Shown here one piece after another: positions 28,599 to 35,787 of a stretch of 64,000 nt of DNA. Below the pieces are notes generated by a model, which saw only the letters and a program-made list of their open reading frames with translations, did not search any database and had not been told where the DNA came from. Position 1 is the stretch's first letter. Each line of letters begins with the position of its first letter. Origin of the DNA: a virus; the IMG/VR virus record IMGVR_UViG_3300009506_000009, positions 1-64,000 of that record; one strand, given 5' to 3'. Both the position numbers and the translations under genes were made by a program.

Positions 28599-28671
28599 GG
28601 GTCTGTAGCTCAACGGTTAGAGCAACTCCCTCTTAAGGAGAAGGTTGGTGGTTCAAATCCACTCAGGCTCA
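28599..28671 (+). tRNA. tRNA-Lys(CTT)
   Basis: Cloverleaf. Confidence 0.92.
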
Positions 28672-29022
28672 CACGAGGCATCCGGCATTGGTTAGCCGGG
28701 AAACGCACGTATGACCGTAACCCTTCACAGGTACGTAGAAGCGTATTCTAGTGTGATAAAAATGATGACTGCGTGACTAGGCAGAGGTACTGTCCGGGCA
28801 GATGTAAGACTGCACTAAACAACTGGTCTGAGCGAAAGTCCGAGGACGCAAACGGGCGTGGAAGGAAAAACCGTATAGCTGTGCTTTGCAACCACAGTGA
28901 GTGGGAAACCACCTAGCCTTTACGGTTACGGACAATCACTGTCGGGAATACGATGCTCGTATTAGCCCGATGGAGGATCGAGCATAGTTGTGTGCCTGTC
29001 CTGGAGCACTTAATCCAGGCAT
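28672..29022 (+). ncRNA. Unidentified ~350-nt structured RNA
   Basis: CCGTAACC/GGTTACGG long-range helix, 3' H-type pseudoknot, GNRA-type loops, no ORF. Confidence 0.6.
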
Positions 29023-29024
29023 AT

Positions 29025-29096
29025 CCTCCCATGGTCTAACGGAAATGATAGCTGACTGTCGATCAGCAGGCCGGGGTTCGACTCCCCGTGGGAGGG
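29025..29096 (+). tRNA. tRNA-Asp(GTC)
   Basis: Cloverleaf, G73. Confidence 0.9.
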
Positions 29097-29295
29097 CTAG
29101 ACCCTTTACCGCTGATGAAATTCACCGAAATACATGTTAAGTAGGTGTGCGTAGTTCCCGGTACCGTTGAAGCAGATCACTTTAATGGGTGGTAGCAGAC
29201 CACATTGGTCTTACAAAATTATTGCCCCACTTATGTGGGGCTTTTTCTATTGACAAGTAATGCTTGTTGTGGTATACTTTAGTGGTGGAGGTAAC

Positions 29296-30354
29296 ATGAC
29301 AAATTTATTCATCCCTAAAAAATTGATGGTTGGTTTTCAAAAACGAGGAGGAACCTACAATGGTCGCCTTGCATACGTCATCTACTATGATGAGAGGGGC
29401 AAGCTTCGTAAGGAAAAATCTTGGCAAAGCTGGCGGCACGATGATATTGAACCAGTAGAGATGGAGAACATGCCTTTCGAAGGGTTTGTTTTAAATAAAA
29501 AAGCCGGGGGATACACCTCACATTGGAACACACGTAAGACGTACTCACGTGTGTACGACCCTCGTGGTGGCGGTTTTGAGTTCGAGATTGACATCACCAA
29601 CCTATTGTTTATCCTTGAGCACTTAGGGAGCCAGCCTGGGAAAGCAATCCAGGGAGAACTGGTTTACGCATGGAATGGAACAGAGCTTGTTCTGTTGCCA
29701 ACCAACTCGTTGGACTACCAGGAAGCACAGGATATTAGTAAGAAGATGCTTGCTGACAAAGCTCTAGTTAAGGCAGATATGATTGAAGGTGCTCGGTACC
29801 TTATGAAAGACGGTGAGATTGCAACCTTCATGTGTCATGCTAACCGATATGCAGGACCCTATACATCCTATAAGCGTGATGAAGGGGAATCAATGGGAAA
29901 ATATTATTGGTTCTGTCTGCCAAGTGGTAACTTCAGTTATGTTAAATCATTACGTGGTAACATCATAGAACGAGTAGGATCAGATATCGATCAAGAATAC
30001 CCGTTTAAGATGGACGCCCTTGAGACCAACGACGAGTTCTGTCCTAAGAGCTTGGATGACTTTGAGTATATTAAGCTAAATAAACCAGGATACTGGGATA
30101 AAATCTACTTAGTTCCACGAGAAGAAGAGCGTGAACCAGATATTGATGATCGTGTTTCTTGGAAGAGTGGGTGGGGCTACTCGTCATACTCACAAATAAC
30201 GTTTACCTATCGACATCACACATACAAAATGGTGCAAGATGAACTTAAACGGAAGTTCAAACTGTACAAAAGAGTAGCCAAACTGCAAAATGGAAGATCA
30301 AATAAAGGACGGTATATACCAAATGAAAACAGACAGCAAAGTATTATCTCTTAA
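29296..30354 (+). CDS. Hypothetical phage protein
   Basis: Own promoter (TTGACA 29250) and GGAGGT RBS; long ORF. Confidence 0.75.
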   Translation: MTNLFIPKKLMVGFQKRGGTYNGRLAYVIYYDERGKLRKEKSWQSWRHDDIEPVEMENMPFEGFVLNKKAGGYTSHWNTRKTYSRVYDPRGGGFEFEIDITNLLFILEHLGSQPGKAIQGELVYAWNGTELVLLPTNSLDYQEAQDISKKMLADKALVKADMIEGARYLMKDGEIATFMCHANRYAGPYTSYKRDEGESMGKYYWFCLPSGNFSYVKSLRGNIIERVGSDIDQEYPFKMDALETNDEFCPKSLDDFEYIKLNKPGYWDKIYLVPREEEREPDIDDRVSWKSGWGYSSYSQITFTYRHHTYKMVQDELKRKFKLYKRVAKLQNGRSNKGRYIPNENRQQSIIS

Positions 30355-30724
30355 AAAGATTGTTGAGGAGAAGAAGGCAAACCTAAAGAAGGTCAGCTTC
30401 CAACCACGAACAAACTGTAGCATCAAATGGGTGGGTCAGTCCGTCAACCTGCACGTAGCAACCATGCCGGAATTGGTAGTTACCTTGGGATTATTGCAGT
30501 CCGTTGTTAACGCTACCCCGGTGGAGTTACACTCTTACCTGCTTCTTGGTTCGTTTACCTTCCAGGAATACCTGGAGGATATCCGCTCTAAGATAGCAGT
30601 CCTGGAGTATCAAGCAGACCTTGCTGAACTCAGACGATACCAGACAAAACTAGATGAGCTACTCTCGTCTGAAGCTAAGGTGGACCTAGAGCTTCAAGAA
30701 CTAGAAGAGTTGATCAAAGGGTAA
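30323..30724 (+). CDS. Hypothetical coiled-coil protein
   Basis: Overlaps the upstream gene; terminator follows. Confidence 0.7.
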   Translation: MKTDSKVLSLKKIVEEKKANLKKVSFQPRTNCSIKWVGQSVNLHVATMPELVVTLGLLQSVVNATPVELHSYLLLGSFTFQEYLEDIRSKIAVLEYQADLAELRRYQTKLDELLSSEAKVDLELQELEELIKG

Positions 30725-30802
30725 TAGTTAAGCCCCGTAGTACGGGGCTTTTTATTTAAAACAGCCTTGACATAAAACCGTTGGTATGATATTATTGTAC
30801 AC

Positions 30803-31336
30803 ATGAACAAGCTCTATTATGGAGGATCAGGTCTTCCAATTGAACCACGTGAAGTTAAATCTGTCTGTCGAGAATATAATATCCAAACCACAGATGGTAT
30901 GAGTCTATGCTTGGTTCTTGACTGGGACGGCCCATTTATGCAAGTGATGTATGTCAACGGAGAAGTGGAAGTTGTTGATCGTCGCTTCATGGGATGGGAG
31001 CGTCCACTACTACCAAATGGTAAACCAGACTGGAATGCTAATCGCCCATCACAAACACACTTCTATAAGACGATCCTCTCGAACCTTTATGGTCCAGTTT
31101 GCATGGCATGTGGTGTACCTGTCCAAATGAACGAAGATGGTATTACGGATAACCTAACCATCGACCATGTAATCCCTAGAGCAGAGAATGGCTGGTCTAG
31201 TCTTGATAACCTACAGCTTCTATGCAAGACGTGTAATGTTAAAAAGTCGGACTCCTATATTGATTATCGTCTTATGACCCCATCAGAAATCTTCTGGCTT
31301 TGGGCTGACCGATATGACAAACGAGTTAACGGGTGA
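30803..31336 (+). CDS. HNH endonuclease
   Basis: CxxC...TIDHVIP...NLQLLCKTCNVKK. Confidence 0.85.
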   Translation: MNKLYYGGSGLPIEPREVKSVCREYNIQTTDGMSLCLVLDWDGPFMQVMYVNGEVEVVDRRFMGWERPLLPNGKPDWNANRPSQTHFYKTILSNLYGPVCMACGVPVQMNEDGITDNLTIDHVIPRAENGWSSLDNLQLLCKTCNVKKSDSYIDYRLMTPSEIFWLWADRYDKRVNG

Positions 31337-31572
31337 TTGTAGAAAGGTACAATGAACATGTTATGTGGATTCCCCTTCGGTTATAGCTCACATTCTGGTC
31401 TCAATCAGAGTGTACTTAATGTTGGGTAGTCGATAACGTCTAGCAGGCAATCCTAAAGGACTACCCGGAAAAGGTGGTCCTTTTTTTATTGTATATTTTT
31501 CCAGTAATTAACCCATAAGACACAAGGTTTATATATAGAAGCCTATGGGTGAGATAGCGGAAAAATTCCCCC

Positions 31573-31632
31573 TTGACAACTAGCTTGACCTGTAGTAGAA
31601 TAGGGACAGTCGGAACTTTAATAATCGAATAG
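31573..31632 (+). promoter_or_regulatory. Sigma70-type promoter followed by a boxA-like element, heading the second RNA operon
   Basis: TTGACA-17-TAGAAT, then GAACTTTAATAATCGAATAG. Confidence 0.65.
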
Positions 31633-31699
31633 CTTCAAACTAACAATCAACATGTGTGCAGAATGTACGCTCTAATGTATACAAACTGCACACATTCAT

Positions 31700-31780
31700 G
31701 GTGCGTCTGGTCCTGGGAGAGATCAAGTGGCTGTAACCCACCCGCCAACGGCTGAGTAGGTTCGAATCCTACACGCACCA
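31700..31780 (+). tRNA. tRNA-Tyr(GTA)
   Basis: Long variable arm; loop CT-GTA-AC. Confidence 0.85.
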
Positions 31781-31784
31781 CTAT

Positions 31785-32069
31785 GGGCCTGCCCTGGCTT
31801 CGATTGTTGTCAGTATGCTTCGGTTTCTATCATAAAACATAATTGCAAACGAACCAACGTTAGCAGACGCTCTGTTCAGCGGCGTCCAATCCCTAGCTGA
31901 ACAACTGTTTTCTGCGCCCGTAGCAGTTGCGGCCTAATAGCAACTCTTGGTGGAGTCACCCTAGCCGTTATCCCCAGGTGACAAACTCTACTCAGTGAGT
32001 GACTGAGAATGATAGTAACAAACCAACAGTGAAATCAGCAAGACATCGGTTCAATTCCGATCAGGTCCA
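31785..32069 (+). ncRNA. ssrA: tmRNA; tag ANEPTLADALFSGVQSLAEQLFSAPVAVAA**
   Basis: Acceptor GGGCCTG/CAGGTCC with G3.U70, GGCTTCGA, T-arm; tag ORF 31845-31937 ending AA followed by two stops. Confidence 0.92.
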
Positions 32070-32323
32070 CTTCGCCACGCAGGGGCGACTAAAAATACCT
32101 GACACATGACCTTGGTATGTCAGAAACTACCCATTATTAGATGGCTTTAAAAAGGGCTGGCCTGCTAAACCAGTTACCGAGGAATAAAGTGGAGTAGCTA
32201 ACCATATAATACTTGGTCGAAATCTAACAAAGGCGGCGAGTCGCCGTCCACTGGATGCAAACGCAGTAACGGATAGGACAGTGCTTTGTAAAGATGCACC
32301 CCGGATCATGTAACCGGGATAAT

Positions 32324-32405
32324 GCCCACTTGGTGGAATTGGTATACACAACAGCCTTAGAAACTGTCGCCTTCGGGATTAGAGGTTCGACTCCTCTAGT
32401 GGGCA
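32324..32405 (+). tRNA. tRNA-Leu(TAG)
   Basis: Cloverleaf. Confidence 0.92.
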
Positions 32406-32554
32406 CTTGATGTCGTCACACGGTATTAGCCCTGTGCGTGGAAAAGCATCAACAAAGGGAAGAAGCCTGTTCAATAGTATCCGTTTCCACGATGCTGAAC
32501 AGGGGGGTGCAAGCGGTTCCCCACGGTAGCTGACAAGCTAGGCTACCCTACTAT

Positions 32555-32626
32555 ACGGGAATGGTCTAAAGGTAAGGCACTCGGTTTGGGACCGAGACGA
32601 TGGAGGTTCGAATCCTCTTTCCCGTA
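32555..32626 (+). tRNA. tRNA-Pro(TGG)
   Basis: Loop TT-TGG-GA; A1-T72. Confidence 0.85.
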
Positions 32627-32696
32627 CAACACGGTGACGTGGTAACTATAGATGCCACGGTGATCGGTTGGCTAAGACTTGATCACTTTGACTGTG

Positions 32697-32762
32697 GAGC
32701 GCATGGCGGAATTGGCATACGCATCGAGGGGACCCGTCCAGGTTCGAGTCCTGGTGCGCTCA
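32697..32762 (+). ncRNA. tRNA-Leu-like RNA lacking the anticodon arm
   Basis: Perfect acceptor, Leu-type D-arm and T-arm; only 15 nt between D and T arms. Confidence 0.75.
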
Positions 32763-32799
32763 CATGTGTCGTCATTCCTGGTGGTATGACCGATCCAGG

Positions 32800-32871
32800 T
32801 ATGCAGTAGCGAAGGCGCAGATAACGGTTCAGACCCTGCGTAGATAGGTGGTGTGAGTCCACCCGGCATAA
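32800..32871 (+). ncRNA. Divergent tRNA-like element
   Basis: TATGCAG/CGGCATA stem and GGTGG-TGTGAGT-CCACC T-arm-like hairpin. Confidence 0.4.
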
Positions 32872-32876
32872 GATAT

Positions 32877-32960
32877 GCCTCATTGCTGGAATTGGCATAC
32901 AGGCTCGGCTAAGAACCGAGTGTCGTAACAGACGTATAGGTTCGACTCCTATATGGGGCA
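32877..32960 (+). tRNA. tRNA-Leu(AAG)
   Basis: CTCGG-CT-AAG-AA-CCGAG; long variable arm. Confidence 0.88.
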
Positions 32961-33077
32961 CACTGAGTTTCATCAGTTCTCAGGCAACAAAGACTGAAGT
33001 GGTCCAGCCATGACTGCCTATCGACGGGTAGGTGTACGTTACAGCACACAGCATCGACGGATGGTGTGGGATTACGT

Positions 33078-33142
33078 TCGGACAGTGGTGTAATTGGAAG
33101 CATGCCAGATGTGGTAGGAAAGGTTCGAGTCCTTCTGTCTGA
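33078..33142 (+). ncRNA. tRNA-like RNA with a truncated anticodon arm
   Basis: Acceptor CGGACAG/CTGTCTG, D-loop AATTGGAA, mini arm CCA-GATG-TGG, T-loop TTCGAGT. Confidence 0.6.
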
Positions 33143-33148
33143 ATTTAT

Positions 33149-33223
33149 AGCGGAGTGGGGAAGCCCGGAGTTCCCGCCTGCCTTGGACGCAGGAGATCGC
33201 TGGTTCAAATCCAGTTTCCGCTA
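33149..33223 (+). tRNA. tRNA-Pro(TGG), atypical (A37, A1-T72)
   Basis: CCTGC-CT-TGG-AC-GCAGG. Confidence 0.8.
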
Positions 33224-33228
33224 CTTAT

Positions 33229-33300
33229 GGAGACGTAGCTCAGTGGTAGAGCGACGGTCTGAAGAGCCGTGCGTCGGTGGTTCGATCCCACTCGTCTCCA
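33229..33300 (+). tRNA. tRNA-Phe(GAA)
   Basis: Cloverleaf. Confidence 0.95.
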
Positions 33301-33301
33301 C

Positions 33302-33399
33302 TAACCTCTTGGAAAGTTGGCTTAAAAGCAGTCATCTTTTAAAGAGTGACGCCTGTGTCGTGCCTTTGAGTCTTTGGCGTAATAGCACACCAGAGGTTA
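33302..33399 (+). ncRNA. Stand-alone mimic of 23S rRNA H43/H44 (uL11-binding GTPase-associated centre)
   Basis: GTTGGCTTAAAAGCAGTCATCTTTTAAAGAGTG...GCGTAATAGCACAC closed by TAACCTCT/AGAGGTTA. Confidence 0.85.
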
Positions 33400-33417
33400 A
33401 GTGGAAGAGAGGTAGAA

Positions 33418-33720
33418 ATGGAATCAATAGAGTTTGAGACTAACCCCGATGGTGGGGTTAACCTATATGTTAACGACGTATTCATCTCCCCTAAGCGATC
33501 ACAGAAAGTATGGAACCATAGCCCCGATGGATTTAACATTGGGTACCATGGTTCTGGTCCTGCACAAACAGCTTTGGCTATCTTAATGTGCTTTACCATC
33601 GACAATAACGATCTGGCTGTTCGATTGCATCAGGACTTCAAGCGGGAGTTTGTTGCTAACTGGGAAGTTGGTACGGTTTATTATGTTGATGTTGACAAGT
33701 GGATCGAGGAGCACAAATGA
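33418..33720 (+). CDS. DUF6166-like protein
   Basis: HSPDGFxxGYxGSGPAQxALAIL motif. Confidence 0.7.
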   Translation: MESIEFETNPDGGVNLYVNDVFISPKRSQKVWNHSPDGFNIGYHGSGPAQTALAILMCFTIDNNDLAVRLHQDFKREFVANWEVGTVYYVDVDKWIEEHK

Positions 33721-33989
33721 AAGTATGGGTTGTAACTGCTGAATCAGAATCTGGCGATGACTATGGCCCGGTTGTTTATACTGAAGAGCCAGCACCGCAA
33801 GTACTGAAGCACCTTGCCCAATCCTGGGATTACGACGACGGTGATGGCCCTGGTGACTATGGGTCGTATGTATACCTTGTTACAACGGCTGTGCGAGTTA
33901 TCGAGTTATGCCCCGGATGTGGACATCTACCCCACAAAGATATCTGTCCATCAGGATGTGCCTGTGAATATGTGGGATACACGGAGTAG
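33717..33989 (+). CDS. Hypothetical protein
   Basis: ATGA-coupled ORF. Confidence 0.6.
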   Translation: MKVWVVTAESESGDDYGPVVYTEEPAPQVLKHLAQSWDYDDGDGPGDYGSYVYLVTTAVRVIELCPGCGHLPHKDICPSGCACEYVGYTE

Positions 33990-34068
33990 CAAGCAGATTG
34001 GCTGACTGCACCCGGCTTGAACCCGGACGAGCCTAACGGCCTTGGGAGTTCGAATCTCTCCTGCTCCG
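33983..34068 (+). tRNA. tRNA-Ser(TGA)
   Basis: Long variable arm, G73. Confidence 0.88.
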
Positions 34069-34073
34069 CCTTT

Positions 34074-34155
34074 GGGGTGTAGCTGACATGGTGTCTAACG
34101 GGCTTCGAACACCCGGCCTACCGAAAGGTAGATGGTTCGAGTCCATTACGCCCCG
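34074..34155 (+). tRNA. tRNA-Ser(CGA), probably 8/4 (allo-tRNA-like)
   Basis: 8-bp acceptor possible; GACA-TGG-TGTC D-arm; long V-arm; G73. Confidence 0.65.
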
Positions 34156-34181
34156 CTAATGTGATAAATGTAGTTCCTAAT

Positions 34182-34266
34182 GGAGAGTGCCTGGGTTGGC
34201 TCCCTAACTGCGTTGGAAGCGCAGGGTGTCTCAGTTGAGACAGAAGTTCGATGCTTCCATTCTCCG
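34182..34266 (+). tRNA. tRNA-Ser(GGA), 8/4 cloverleaf
   Basis: GGAGAGTG/CATTCTCC acceptor; GAAG/CTTC T-stem; G73. Confidence 0.8.
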
Positions 34267-34307
34267 CCTAAATGTCCCGCTTAGGGACACCTGGAGAGGT
34301 GTAACTT

Positions 34308-34559
34308 ATGTCCCATGAAATGTCCCTGAAACATATATATCCTACTGGTGCTGAACTATGGGAGTGCAACGAGTGTAGTAGAATGTTCGTCCTCACATGG
34401 CCCCCAAACTACCGAAAGATTGTTCTTGATCGTGGTGAGTTTGACATTGAACATACAGGAGTCAAGGGTGGTATGCAGATTAAGCCACCAGATGTGATCC
34501 AGCAGGATCGGTACTTGGACATTTGGGAGGAAGGACTGAAAGGTTTGTTTGATGAGTGA
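34308..34559 (+). CDS. Hypothetical protein
   Basis: GAGGTG RBS. Confidence 0.65.
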   Translation: MSHEMSLKHIYPTGAELWECNECSRMFVLTWPPNYRKIVLDRGEFDIEHTGVKGGMQIKPPDVIQQDRYLDIWEEGLKGLFDE

Positions 34560-34767
34560 AGATATCAACGAGTATATACTCACATACTCATTTGGAGTTG
34601 AACCCATTGGTGTAATCAAAGCCAACCAGAAAGTTATTGATATGCTCCTTAGTGGGGAAGCTGAATTGGCTGGAGCTTATAAGGTAGATGGAGAGCACAT
34701 GGAGCTTATTAGTGTCAGTGTTGTTCCATTACCTTTGATGAAAAGAACTACTTACTTAGAAGAATAA
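34552..34767 (+). CDS. Hypothetical protein
   Basis: Overlapping ORF. Confidence 0.55.
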   Translation: MSEDINEYILTYSFGVEPIGVIKANQKVIDMLLSGEAELAGAYKVDGEHMELISVSVVPLPLMKRTTYLEE

Positions 34768-34770
34768 TAT

Positions 34771-34842
34771 TCTCCCTTAGCTCAGTGGCAGAGCGGCGTG
34801 CTGTTAACTCGACGGTCCCTGGTTCGATCCCAGGAGGGAGAG
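34771..34842 (+). tRNA. tRNA-Asn(GTT), mismatched anticodon stem
   Basis: Cloverleaf with GCGTG/CTCGA stem. Confidence 0.8.
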
Positions 34843-34944
34843 CTAAGTCCACTGCATCGAGGGCATAGTAGGATGACGTTGCGAGGACGCACCCTAGACC
34901 CCTTCCGAATTGAGTGACCTGGACAGTGGACCTACTTTTGATTG

Positions 34945-35139
34945 ATGAAGGAGATTACAATGTACTTTATCTTTAATCTAAAAGCAACTAGTGGTACTGC
35001 ACACTATATTAAATGTGAAACCAGACAGGACCTTGAAGATCAGGTTGAATGGGCAATGAATCGAGAAGTTGCCTTCTTTGTTTCCCCTGATCTTGAAACC
35101 GTTCGCAGGGTTGCGGGTGTTGAATTAGAAGAGTTTTAG
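34945..35139 (+). CDS. Small hypothetical protein
   Basis: ORF ending at the RNase P 5' end; true start may be the GGAG-preceded ATG at 34960. Confidence 0.55.
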   Translation: MKEITMYFIFNLKATSGTAHYIKCETRQDLEDQVEWAMNREVAFFVSPDLETVRRVAGVELEEF

Positions 35140-35344
35140 ATTGACCAGAGAACTCGTCGCTGTACGGCAGTGCCGTATAGAGGAACTTCAGGACTCCACT
35201 GCTAGAGGAAGGAGGCTAACGCCGATTGCACTTCCGAGGGAGCAAGCCAAACAGACCTAGCTGGAAAGCAGGGCAATGATGGTCGGGTTGGTGCATAGGT
35301 AGATGACGAGATAGAACAGAATCCTGGGTAAGCTCAGTCAATCT
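35138..35344 (+). ncRNA. rnpB: Minimal RNase P RNA (catalytic domain, about 207 nt)
   Basis: P1-P8 and P15 pair; GAGGAA-CTTCAGGA / ACAGAA-TCCTGGGT P4; GGAGCAAG; AGATGAC. Confidence 0.88.
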
Positions 35345-35349
35345 TTCAC

Positions 35350-35421
35350 TGACATGTGGTATAATGGTATTATGTCCGGCTGTTAACCGGAACGATGTAG
35401 GTTCGAATCCTACCGTGTCAG
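35350..35421 (+). tRNA. tRNA-Asn(GTT)
   Basis: Cloverleaf. Confidence 0.88.
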
Positions 35422-35436
35422 CCTTTAGGAGGAACC

Positions 35437-35787
35437 ATGGCGAAAGATCGAAACATCAGAAAGAAGACCCGCTTCAACCCATACAAGAGTTGGGAAGGCG
35501 ACTGTGAGAGCTTCTCAGATGCTAGTCGTCGCCAGTTTGCCGAAGAACAAGTGGACCCCCCACGCAATAGACATATTAGAAAAAAGAAGAAACTGATCTT
35601 CATTATGGCTACAGCCTATGGTACCCCAAAGTGGTACATGCCAAAGGGTGCCTGGAGAATAGGCAAGTATGAGAAGATGCGGGATGCTGAAAAGGCTCTG
35701 GAGACCATGCAGAATAAACGCTGGCCTGGAGACTTCTACGAATTGAGAATCGAAGACAGGAGACCTGAGAGTGAAAAGACTGCGTAG
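35437..35787 (+). CDS. Basic hypothetical protein
   Basis: AGGAGG RBS. Confidence 0.7.
   Translation: MAKDRNIRKKTRFNPYKSWEGDCESFSDASRRQFAEEQVDPPRNRHIRKKKKLIFIMATAYGTPKWYMPKGAWRIGKYEKMRDAEKALETMQNKRWPGDFYELRIEDRRPESEKTA

Noticed and set aside
28828-28855. c-di-GMP-I riboswitch-like CGAAAG..GGACGCAAA
   Set aside because: The upstream GGCAAAC and the P2 receptor are absent.
32638-32659. GTAACTATA matching the 23S H69 loop
   Set aside because: Only 9 nt match and the local hairpin folds in a different register; could be chance.
33302-33399. A true rRNA gene or host contamination
   Set aside because: Similarity is limited to H43/H44, carries an insertion and its own closing stem, and is flanked seamlessly by phage genes.
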